Below are positions 22,851-31,097 of a stretch of 64,000 bases of DNA, piece after piece (positions within the stretch are counted from its first letter, which is position 1; each line of letters begins with the position of its first letter). Source of the stretch: Gemmatimonadaceae bacterium (lineage in GTDB: Bacteria; Gemmatimonadota; Gemmatimonadetes; Gemmatimonadales; Gemmatimonadaceae); assembly GCA_045803545.1 (NCBI GenBank), contig JBJMOW010000002.1:320001-384000 (forward strand), given 5' to 3'. The notes under the pieces are model-generated. The model was not told where the DNA came from and searched no databases. It was given only the letters and a program-made list of their open reading frames with translations. A program made the translations under genes and the position numbers.

Positions 22851-24536
22851 TTATTTCCCGCCGAAAATCCTCGCGTAGAGTCTGAGCTGAATCTGGTCGG
22901 TAAAGAACTTCGGCTGATTTCCGCCGGAACCGCCCATCGTCTGCCAGTGGAGATAATTGACTTCGAAGGGCAGCTTCGCCTTGCCCTGCTCGAAAGAGTA
23001 CAGGTTCGAGAAGGAGATACCGCCACCGAAGCGGTGCTCCGTCTGCGCAGTCTCGAGATCGAGCGTTGAAGCGTCGAGCGTGATATCCGCGAAACCAGTC
23101 ACAGCAGCAGGAATGGTAAATGTGCCCGTATACTTGTCCTGCTGCTTGTTGCGATACATGTACCAGGCCGACAGCGCAAAGAAGTCGTTGACGACGAAGC
23201 GTGGCGCGGTCTCGAACTCGAACGCGCTGCCAAGTTGGCGATGGACTTGCTGCTTTCTGTAGGCTGGCGCCAACTCCTCGTTCGGCAAGTCGATGATGCG
23301 CATGTCCTGATCATCGCCGAACGGGTGATTGTAGCGGAGGATGAACGACTCCCAGAAATGGCTGCCGACGAGAATGTCGCCGAACCAGCGTCCTTCGACT
23401 GCCTTGGCGCCACGCCCAGTGCCGATATCGATGAAGTTGTCGGGCGACTCGATCTGACCCGTTGGCAGACGAAAAATGCCGCCGATCGCGGTGCGGAAAT
23501 TCAGACCGGTCGGTGACATTCTCGCCGACGTGTTTCCGTCGAACGTGTCGAACACCGAGAACTTGCCGCCGATATCGATGTCGCCGACGTGTGACTTGCT
23601 GTTAGAGACGAGCGGAGCAGCTGCAATCCCGAAAGCCGGATTCGTGAGAATTGTCTGTGCGTCGCGCAACGACAGTCGCGTCTGCGCCGCGAACGGCCCG
23701 GTGGTGCCAGCCGCGATGCTGTTTACGCCGAAACTCTGGTACAGCGATCGGAATGCGGCGACGCGCGCTTCAATCGCCAGCTGCGCGTCGGTCCCGACAA
23801 TCGGTACGAACGGAGATGTAGTGTAGATCTGATTCACGCCACCCGCAAAGGCCTGTGAGTTTGCGATAAGTGCATTTGCGTTGGCGCGTTGAGCATTCAG
23901 CGCGGGGCACTGCGGCGAGGCGGCGGGATTCGCGGCGCACGCATCCAGTTGTGCCTGCAGTGTGGCTGCTGCGGCAGCGAACTGCGCGTTGAGGGTCGCG
24001 TTCTGCGTCTGGGCGGCTGTCACTGCCAACGCCGGATTGAAGCCAAGGTTTCCGTTCGTATTGCCGGTGTTGACGTTGAAGAACGCGGACGTCTGTGTCT
24101 TCACGTACGGAATCTGGAGACCGACGGAAAAACGCTTGCTGAGGCCGGCCTCGAAGATGAACGGGAAAGCGGTGACGTGATCGCGCAGATTGACGACGGT
24201 ATTGCCGAGCGAGGCCATCCACGACGGATTGCCGCTCAACGCTTGGATGCCGGTCTGCAGGCTGGCGAGGTTTGGGAATTGCCTCACGCCAATGGTGTCG
24301 AGTGTGAAATCAACGCCCAGTGGTTCCAGGGCGCCGTCCGGACGGCCCGGCGTGTCCTTTCCGTAGCGCTCATTGAACCACGTCCATTGGGCAACCGTTC
24401 TGAAGCGAAAGACTCCGGCCGGAAGGACCAGAGCGTCATCGCCGACTCCCAGAACGCGCTGCGCACTGGAGGGCGTCGGCAAAAGGGCGAAAAAGGTCAA
24501 GGCTACAGCGGTGACGCAGACAAAAAGACGCCGCAT
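22851..24536 (-). CDS. Secreted protein, probably an outer-membrane beta-barrel, function unknown
   Basis: Signal peptide MRRLFVC..SSA, amphipathic beta-strand pattern, aromatic C-terminal strand, central helical insert with a Cys pair. Confidence 0.6.
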   Translation of the reverse strand: MRRLFVCVTAVALTFFALLPTPSSAQRVLGVGDDALVLPAGVFRFRTVAQWTWFNERYGKDTPGRPDGALEPLGVDFTLDTIGVRQFPNLASLQTGIQALSGNPSWMASLGNTVVNLRDHVTAFPFIFEAGLSKRFSVGLQIPYVKTQTSAFFNVNTGNTNGNLGFNPALAVTAAQTQNATLNAQFAAAAATLQAQLDACAANPAASPQCPALNAQRANANALIANSQAFAGGVNQIYTTSPFVPIVGTDAQLAIEARVAAFRSLYQSFGVNSIAAGTTGPFAAQTRLSLRDAQTILTNPAFGIAAAPLVSNSKSHVGDIDIGGKFSVFDTFDGNTSARMSPTGLNFRTAIGGIFRLPTGQIESPDNFIDIGTGRGAKAVEGRWFGDILVGSHFWESFILRYNHPFGDDQDMRIIDLPNEELAPAYRKQQVHRQLGSAFEFETAPRFVVNDFFALSAWYMYRNKQQDKYTGTFTIPAAVTGFADITLDASTLDLETAQTEHRFGGGISFSNLYSFEQGKAKLPFEVNYLHWQTMGGSGGNQPKFFTDQIQLRLYARIFGGK

Positions 24537-24629
24537 AGAATCTCCAAGGGTGTGAAACACACAGGAGGCGTTCGTCAGAGTGAGAGGGACGTTCGCCGGC
24601 GGGGAGACGTTATCATTTTGATTCGGGGT

Positions 24630-24658
24630 TTGTCAACGATGTTTACGGAGGGTATTGT
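24630..24658 (+). promoter_or_regulatory. Sigma70-type promoter of tRNA-Leu
   Basis: TTGTCA-17 nt-TATTGT. Confidence 0.6.
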
Positions 24659-24691
24659 TCCCCTCTGACACGCGCTGATTCGTACCCCGGC

Positions 24692-24776
24692 GCTCGGGTG
24701 GCGAAACCGGTAGACGCGAGGGACTTAAAATCCCTTGGGACAAACTCCCATGCGGGTTCGATCCCCGCCCCGAGCA
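24692..24776 (+). tRNA. tRNA-Leu (anticodon TAA), CCA end not encoded
   Basis: Acceptor GCTCGGG/CCCGAGC, anticodon arm AGGGA-CTTAAAA-TCCCT, long variable arm, GGTTCGATCC T-loop. Confidence 0.95.
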
Positions 24777-24839
24777 TGAAATTGGCACGATGAACCTGCG
24801 AATCTGCGAGGAGTTCCAGCCTTGAGCGCCGCCACCGCG

Positions 24840-25742
24840 ATGAAGTTTTCACCTCGCCGGATCGAACGCGTGCTGCTCATCGTCAATCCAGCGTCCCGGC
24901 GCGCCGCGCGGATACGCCAGCGCGCCGAAAAGGCGTTTGCCAAAGCCGGCGTGGAATGCGACGTGAGGCCCACCGAAGCCCCCGGTCACGCCACGACGAT
25001 TGCCCGCAACGAGGCGCACAAATACAGCGCCGTATTCACCCTCGGCGGTGACGGAACCGTGATGGAGGTGCTTTCCGCTCTTGCCCATCAGGGTACCCCG
25101 GTTGGCGTCCTCGCCGGAGGGACCGCCAACGTCGTCGCGCGGACGCTGGGGATTCCCCTCAATCCGGCGCGCGCGATCCCGGTGCTCCTCGCTGGCGATC
25201 AAGCGCAGCTCGACCTCGGTCGCCTCGGAGATGGTCGGCGCTTCGCGATCGGCGTTGGCGTGGGACTCGATGCGACAATGATTGCCGAAGCCCCAGCGCG
25301 CTTGAAAAAACGGTTCGGCTTCATGGCTTATGTCGTCGGCGGTTACAAAGCAGTTCTGCGCAATCAGAAATTCGCGCTTCGTCTTACAGTCGACGGGCAC
25401 CTTTATGAGCGACCGGCCTCGGCGGTGTTGATCGCGAATTTTGGAGCGGTGCTCAACAACCTGATCGCCTTTGGCAACGGCATTCTCCATGATGACGGCC
25501 TGCTGACAGCGTGCGTGTTCTCGCCGGCCAACCTTTGGGACGCGCTCCGCATTCTTTGGCGGATGATTCGCAAGGATTTCGGCGATGATCCGTGCCTTTT
25601 CTACAAATCGGGGCGCGAGTTCCGAGTCGAGACGTTCCCTGAAATGCCCGCGCAGGCTGACGGCGAGCTACTCGACGTCACTCCACTCTCTGCTTCCGTG
25701 GACCCACTGGCCGGTACCTTGCTTATTCCAAAGCGAAAGTAG
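24840..25742 (+). CDS. Diacylglycerol/lipid kinase family protein (YegS/DagK-like)
   Basis: IVNPAS, GGDGT, GGTANVVAR.LGIP, GVGLDA, QADGE. Confidence 0.9.
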   Translation: MKFSPRRIERVLLIVNPASRRAARIRQRAEKAFAKAGVECDVRPTEAPGHATTIARNEAHKYSAVFTLGGDGTVMEVLSALAHQGTPVGVLAGGTANVVARTLGIPLNPARAIPVLLAGDQAQLDLGRLGDGRRFAIGVGVGLDATMIAEAPARLKKRFGFMAYVVGGYKAVLRNQKFALRLTVDGHLYERPASAVLIANFGAVLNNLIAFGNGILHDDGLLTACVFSPANLWDALRILWRMIRKDFGDDPCLFYKSGREFRVETFPEMPAQADGELLDVTPLSASVDPLAGTLLIPKRK

Positions 25743-25797
25743 GCCTCGCCGAGCAGCGCCCAGGGCGCCCGCGGGGTCGACCAAATGGGATCCCGCC

Positions 25798-27093
25798 GTG
25801 GCGACTCGTGTAGATGCAACCGTGACTGGAGAATATTTCGGAACCGCTCGCTCGCGGCCCGGGGCGGGCACCGTCCTCGGGACATTCTTCTACATGTGGC
25901 TACTCGTCGGCCTCGTGCTCGGAACGGCGGTCCTCGTTGGGCCCGTCCGATTGATCACCGAGGGGATGGGTAGGGCCGGTTGGGAGCAAAGCTCGCAGGA
26001 CCACGTCCTGATCGTCGTAATCCTGCTCTATCTCGCGTTATCACTGCTTCTGACTCGCTGGATTGTCGGCGTCATGTTCAGGGCACGCAGTCGGAACACG
26101 CGGTGGGGAATTGCTGCGGTCCTCACGCTGCTCGCGGCCGGCACTGCCTGGGAGTGGTCGAATCCAGCAAAGCTTCTGGCGGGAATCGCCGGAGGAGGCA
26201 ACGGCGGCACCTTCAACGTTGCGGGCGGCCCGCAATTCATATTTGGTGCATATCCTGACGAGCCGCACCTCGCGCAGCTGAAGAAGCAAGGCGTCACTTC
26301 GGTGATTTCGTTGCAGCACCCCGGAGTCGTCATTGAGCGCGAAGGCATCAGCGCCGAGAAGGATGCGACGAAGAAACTGCATCTCGCGTTCATTCAGGCG
26401 CCGATGCTCCCGTGGGTGAGTAACAACGATGAATCGCTGGAAAAACTCCGTGAGATCGCGCGCACCGGCAAAGGCGTCTATTACGTGCACTGCGGTCTCG
26501 GTCGAGACCGGGTCAACGTCGCAAAGCGGGTGATCGAGGCCGAAGGTCGCAAAATCGCGTCTGGCAGCGACCTGAAGAACGCAACCGGCTTTGCGGATCG
26601 TCCGACGCCGTTTGAGCGCGGATCGCTGGCTCACATCGATCACGGCAAGTGGCTCATCCCGTATCCAAACCAGCACGAAATGTTCGGCTTCGTGCTCGGC
26701 GGACAGGCCGGCAGTGTCGTGTCGATTCTCGACCCGGTCGATCCAGAGCAGGCAGCGTGGAATACGGAGATGGAGAAGTTGTTCAAGGAGTACGCGATTC
26801 CGTTCACCATGAGGCCGATGTCGAAGAACGATCGAGCGAAGGCGCTCGAGATCGCGAAAGAAGTGCAGCAGATGCCCGAACCGGTGACTGTGATTGCGCC
26901 ATACACACCAATGGAGGATGGTCAGTCGCTGCCGCCCCTGGGGAACAGGAAAATGGACATCGGGCCGGCGGTGGCATTTCTCTCAGCATACGGCCGTGCG
27001 GCGCCCAGCTCATTTGCGGCGAAACCGTCGTGGCGCTTGAATCACGCGGCGAAGGCGGGCACTGATACGACGGGCGGCACCGTAGAGAGATAA
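25798..27093 (+). CDS. Membrane-anchored Cys-based (PTP/DSP-like) phosphatase with a second degenerate domain
   Basis: 3 N-terminal TM segments; GAYP..LKKQGVTSVISL..VHCGLGRDR (CX5R). Start uncertain. Confidence 0.72.
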   Translation: MATRVDATVTGEYFGTARSRPGAGTVLGTFFYMWLLVGLVLGTAVLVGPVRLITEGMGRAGWEQSSQDHVLIVVILLYLALSLLLTRWIVGVMFRARSRNTRWGIAAVLTLLAAGTAWEWSNPAKLLAGIAGGGNGGTFNVAGGPQFIFGAYPDEPHLAQLKKQGVTSVISLQHPGVVIEREGISAEKDATKKLHLAFIQAPMLPWVSNNDESLEKLREIARTGKGVYYVHCGLGRDRVNVAKRVIEAEGRKIASGSDLKNATGFADRPTPFERGSLAHIDHGKWLIPYPNQHEMFGFVLGGQAGSVVSILDPVDPEQAAWNTEMEKLFKEYAIPFTMRPMSKNDRAKALEIAKEVQQMPEPVTVIAPYTPMEDGQSLPPLGNRKMDIGPAVAFLSAYGRAAPSSFAAKPSWRLNHAAKAGTDTTGGTVER

Positions 27094-27109
27094 AGGGCGG
27101 GGAGAGGTC

Positions 27110-27145
27110 AAAAAAAAAGGCGAGCCTCTCAGCTCGCCTTTTTTT
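27110..27145. terminator. Bidirectional terminator
   Basis: A-run-GGCGAGC-ctctca-GCTCGCC-T7 between convergent genes. Confidence 0.85.
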
Positions 27146-27163
27146 CGGATCTCATTCTCGTTC

Positions 27164-27967
27164 TCAAAACGGCAGCTCGTCCTCGCCGCCGATTAGTACG
27201 GTCTCCGTCGAGGAAGTTTTCGGGTCCCTCGAATCGTCGACAGACGCCGCGGTCGCAGCAGTCTTCGGCGGCCAGATCACTCCGTCGCAAGAACGGTTCT
27301 GACACTTGTAGTCAGGAGCGCGCGGGTTCCGTTTTGTGAGTCGGTTGTCCCACATGCGGCCACCGCACTTAGGGCAGCTGACGAGTTCCATATCGGTCAG
27401 CATCGAGGCTGACGCCGTGCCTGGATTCTCGACGCCGTTGGCCACGCCCCCGGCCGTCGTGGAAACCCGCCCATAGCGCCGGTTATACGCCAGCTGAGGG
27501 TCTTCGACTGGTTTCGCATACTTGCCATCGCCGTCTACCTCAACCCAGTTCTGCTCGTAGTCATAGAGCTCATTGCCGACGCCGAATCGGACGGCGGCTC
27601 GCTTGAACGCGTCGGTCGAGGCCTGCTTGTAGTCACGACCGGTGCCGACGTCTTCGCGAATCACGCCGAGAATCTGGAGCCGAGCCTTGAACGAGCACAG
27701 CGTTCCTTCGCCGTCGTCGCCGGCGATCGGCGGCAGCAATTCGAGGGTGAGGTCCCATTCACCGGGGACCACTCCGTCGAGGCGCTCCCTGACGGTGTTT
27801 GCTTCGATATACGCAACGAACCGCGCGAAAAACTTTCCATCGCGGGCAGTCACTTTGCCATCCTGTCTCCAGGAAATAGCACCAGTTGGAACTGGGGCGG
27901 ATAATTTCGCCCAAACGTCACTCTTTTCCGTGTAGGTATCCTGTCTTGCGATCATGCTCTCATCCAT
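27164..27967 (-). CDS. Rad52/Rad22-family (DdrA-like) ssDNA-annealing protein with C-terminal zinc ribbon
   Basis: AYIEANTVRERLD..W, LGVIREDVG, KQASTDAFKRAAVRFGVG.ELY; CPKCGGRMWDNR..PDYKC..C. Confidence 0.85.
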   Translation of the reverse strand: MDESMIARQDTYTEKSDVWAKLSAPVPTGAISWRQDGKVTARDGKFFARFVAYIEANTVRERLDGVVPGEWDLTLELLPPIAGDDGEGTLCSFKARLQILGVIREDVGTGRDYKQASTDAFKRAAVRFGVGNELYDYEQNWVEVDGDGKYAKPVEDPQLAYNRRYGRVSTTAGGVANGVENPGTASASMLTDMELVSCPKCGGRMWDNRLTKRNPRAPDYKCQNRSCDGVIWPPKTAATAASVDDSRDPKTSSTETVLIGGEDELPF

Positions 27968-27973
27968 CCGTAG

Positions 27974-28267
27974 TTAGTCGCCATGTCTTCCACTTCTAGT
28001 GAACTTTTGCACGTCCTTCACTGCACTGCACTGGCTGCCGTGCTCGCAATACCAGCCGTGCCGATCGAAAAAAACGAGGTGATGAATTCGGGTGCGGTCG
28101 AGCGTTTCTTCCACTCGGTAAAGCTCCGTGACCGACGTCCCTTTTCCGCACAATTGGATAGGGTCCATCTGCCGCACTTTCACCCTCCTCTGGACCTGCG
28201 TTTTTTCCTTCCGCCTACCGTTGAGGTTCCTCCTTACTGGTGGCAATGTAAGCTCCTGGCCTGCCAA
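27974..28267 (-). CDS. Small basic hypothetical protein with Cys/His cluster
   Basis: Fills the gap 6 nt upstream of the DdrA-like gene; contains LC...WYCEHG..C. Start uncertain. Confidence 0.6.
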   Translation of the reverse strand: MAGQELTLPPVRRNLNGRRKEKTQVQRRVKVRQMDPIQLCGKGTSVTELYRVEETLDRTRIHHLVFFDRHGWYCEHGSQCSAVKDVQKFTRSGRHGD

Positions 28268-28307
28268 TACTTACGCGCCGAGGGTTCGGCACATTTTCGG
28301 GTACAGT

Positions 28308-28336
28308 AAGTTAGAGCTTTTGAACGAAAAATGCAA
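28308..28336 (-). promoter_or_regulatory. Sigma70-type promoter of the hypothetical-ddrA-like unit
   Basis: TTGCAT-17 nt-TAACTT on the minus strand. Confidence 0.55.
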
Positions 28337-28402
28337 GCCGCCGCGGGCACAAGTTTCGCTCTGTGCACTGTCTGATCCGGCGGTTCTAGGCGAGGAGCAT
28401 AC

Positions 28403-28927
28403 ATGGAGCACGGCAGCGAATTCTTGCGATCGCAGGTGCGCAACCTCCTGCTACAACACAGGACGTTCCTCCAGTCGCTCGAGGACCACGAGAGCCAGGC
28501 TGATGATGAGCGGTTCCGTGATCTGTGCGCGCGACATATTCCGCACATGCGGCTGCACCAGCGCATGCTCGAGGAGTACCAGTCACAGCTCGGCGATGGA
28601 CCGGGGGTTACCAGTCGCATCGTGGGCACGGCTGTCCGAGTGGTGAAAGACCTTGCCGACGCCGCCGTGGCAGAAGACTACAACCGGTTGATCGCCGACA
28701 TCGTGATGGCTCGCCAATCGGAAGATGCGTTCAAGACCTTCCGTGAAGCCGGGAAGATGATGGGCAATCGCACGCTGCAGGAGATCGGCGACATCGGCGA
28801 GCGTCACCACGATGCATATGTCAAGGAAGCCAATCGGCTCCTCCAGCACATGTTCGTTGAACACGTTGAGGGCATCGACGGCTTCCGTCAAACGACGCTC
28901 GACATTCAGCCCGACGTGACTCTTTAG
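28403..28927 (+). CDS. Ferritin-like four-helix protein (DUF892/YciF-like)
   Basis: GAGGAG RBS; all-helical pattern with spaced His/Glu residues (H..HMRLH, ERHH). Confidence 0.55.
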   Translation: MEHGSEFLRSQVRNLLLQHRTFLQSLEDHESQADDERFRDLCARHIPHMRLHQRMLEEYQSQLGDGPGVTSRIVGTAVRVVKDLADAAVAEDYNRLIADIVMARQSEDAFKTFREAGKMMGNRTLQEIGDIGERHHDAYVKEANRLLQHMFVEHVEGIDGFRQTTLDIQPDVTL

Positions 28928-29010
28928 TCGCGCGCGGCGCTGCGAAGACGGCACGCGGATTCCTCCGCGCCGCCCTGACAGTGTCATTCCACCAAGGCTA
29001 ATTTCCGCGC

Positions 29011-30012
29011 ATGAACGATGTCGTATCGCTCGCTGCGGAGCTGCTCGCGATTCAGTCGACGACTGGCGGTGAGACCGCAGTCGTCGACTATGTATCGCGA
29101 TGGCTCGTGGCCCGCGGATGGAACGTAACGTTGCAGGAAGTGTCGCGCGGTCGCGCAAATGTCTGGGCGTCTCGCTCGGGCAGCGCCAATGGCGTAGCGT
29201 TTTCGACGCACCTCGACACAGTTCCACCGTTCGTTCCGCCGCGGCTGGAGGGTACGCGGCTTTTTGGCCGCGGGTCTTCGGATGCGAAGGGAATAGCAGC
29301 GGCGATGCTGGTCGCTGCGGAGCGACTGGTGAACGACGGTGAGAAAAGAGTGGAGGTGCTGTTCGTCGTCGGCGAAGAAAAGGGCTCAGACGGAGCCCGT
29401 GCGGCGAACACCCTCAATGCAAGAAGTCGTTTTCTCATCAATGGCGAGCCGACGGAGAGCAAGCTGGCGAGTGGGGCGAAAGGATCTTTGCGCGCGACTA
29501 TCCGGACTCGCGGGCGCGAGGCACACTCTGCGTATCCGCATCTCGGTCAATCGGCGATCGAGCCGATGCTCGAGCTACTTCCAACTTTGAAGACGCTGCC
29601 GCTGCCATCCGACCCGGTGCTCGGCCAGACTACCGTCAACATCGGCACGATTCGCGGTGGTACGGAAGCAAACGTGGTCCCAGCGCAGGCGGAGGCGGAG
29701 ATCATGTTCCGTCTGGTCGGCGACGTTGAGCCAATCAAGAAAATGGTTCTCGATTGGGCGACAGGCCGGGCTGATGTCGAATTCGGCTCCAACATTCCCG
29801 CTCAGCGTTTCGCAACCGTACCCGGTTTCGAGACGGGGCCGGTCGCGTACACCTCTGACATTCCGCTGTTGTCAAACTGGGGCGAGCCGTTGTTGTTCGG
29901 TCCCGGATCAATTCATGTTGCGCACACGCCTGACGAATTCATCGACGTCGATGAATTGCGGCGCAGCGTCGACACCTACGAGCGATTAGCTCGCACTCTT
30001 CTCGCGCGATGA
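29011..30012 (+). CDS. M20 metallopeptidase, DapE/ArgE-like deacylase
   Basis: THLDTVPP, GRGSSDAKG, GEE, GEPT, AHTPDE; first gene of the DAP cluster. Confidence 0.85.
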   Translation: MNDVVSLAAELLAIQSTTGGETAVVDYVSRWLVARGWNVTLQEVSRGRANVWASRSGSANGVAFSTHLDTVPPFVPPRLEGTRLFGRGSSDAKGIAAAMLVAAERLVNDGEKRVEVLFVVGEEKGSDGARAANTLNARSRFLINGEPTESKLASGAKGSLRATIRTRGREAHSAYPHLGQSAIEPMLELLPTLKTLPLPSDPVLGQTTVNIGTIRGGTEANVVPAQAEAEIMFRLVGDVEPIKKMVLDWATGRADVEFGSNIPAQRFATVPGFETGPVAYTSDIPLLSNWGEPLLFGPGSIHVAHTPDEFIDVDELRRSVDTYERLARTLLAR

Positions 30013-31097
30013 CAAATTCACCAGTTCCGGGCAAACGGAAAACCAAGTGGCCCGTGGCCATTCTCGGCGCTACCGGAGCAGTGGGGCAGATGTTCGTCCG
30101 GATGCTCGCCGACCATCCATGGTTCGAGATCACCGAGTTCGCAGCATCGGAGCGGTCCGCGGGCAAGAAATACGCAGAGGCGACTCGTTGGCTGGAAGGA
30201 CCGCCGCCACCGCAATCTGTTCAGAACCGTCGGGTAATCGCGTGTGACCCCGGTGTCGTTTCAGCACCGATCGTATTCTCCGCGCTCGATGCTGTGGCGG
30301 CCGGCGAAGTAGAAATGGCGTTTGCCAAAGCGGGCAAGTTTGTGCTCAGCAACGCAAAAAACTATCGAATGGAGCCGGATGTACCGCTGGTGATTCCCGA
30401 AGTAAACGGAGATCACCTCGAACTGATCGACTGCCAGCGTCAACGTCGCGGTTGGGACGGCGCCATAGTCACCAACGCCAACTGCTCGGCAACTGTCGCT
30501 GCCGTCGCGCTCGCACCGCTGCATCAGCGATTCGGCATCCGGCAGCTTTTCCTGTCGACGATGCAGGCGGTATCGGGCGCGGGGTATCCGGGAGTGCCAT
30601 CACTGGACATTCTGGGCAATGTCATTCCTTACATCGCCGACGAGGAGCCGAAACTCGAGCGGGAGATGTTGAAGCTGCTCGGCACCTACGCCGACGGCGA
30701 AGTCACCAGCGCAAGCTTCAAAGTGAGCGCGCACACCAATCGCGTCGCTGTCGAGCATGGTCACACCATCTGCATGTCGATCGGCTTCGAAGAGGCACCA
30801 ACCCCCGAGCAGGCGATCGAGACGATGCGCTCGTGGCAGGGCCTCGCTTCGACTCACGGTTTGCCAACCCGGCCGAAAAACCCGCTGGTGGTGACGGATG
30901 CACCGGATCGGCCACAGCCCAGGCGCGACGTGTACGCCGGCGATGGGATGACGGTGACAGTCGGTCGAGTGCGACGCGATGCGATCCTCGATCTCCGTAT
31001 GGTAGCGCTCGGCCACAACACGGTGCGTGGAGCGGCGGGTGGATCGGTACTCAACGCCGAGCTGCTCGCCACCAACGGCGCGTTCGACTCTGTGTGA
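30009..31097 (+). CDS. asd: Aspartate-semialdehyde dehydrogenase (archaeal/fungal-like type)
   Basis: GATGAVGQ, PLVIPEVN, NANCS, QAVSGAG, HNTVRGAAG. Confidence 0.95.
   Translation: MTNSPVPGKRKTKWPVAILGATGAVGQMFVRMLADHPWFEITEFAASERSAGKKYAEATRWLEGPPPPQSVQNRRVIACDPGVVSAPIVFSALDAVAAGEVEMAFAKAGKFVLSNAKNYRMEPDVPLVIPEVNGDHLELIDCQRQRRGWDGAIVTNANCSATVAAVALAPLHQRFGIRQLFLSTMQAVSGAGYPGVPSLDILGNVIPYIADEEPKLEREMLKLLGTYADGEVTSASFKVSAHTNRVAVEHGHTICMSIGFEEAPTPEQAIETMRSWQGLASTHGLPTRPKNPLVVTDAPDRPQPRRDVYAGDGMTVTVGRVRRDAILDLRMVALGHNTVRGAAGGSVLNAELLATNGAFDSV

Noticed and set aside
24692..29000. Possible genomic island integrated at tRNA-Leu
   Set aside because: No integrase, no duplicated tRNA 3' end that I could find, and no obvious compositional shift.
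28927..29011. Lysine riboswitch ahead of the DAP cluster
   Set aside because: The gap is about 83 nt, too short, and the promoter appears leaderless.
30452..31093. 214-aa N-terminal extension of the lysC ORF
   Set aside because: It overlaps asd in another frame. LysC homology begins at GTG 31094.
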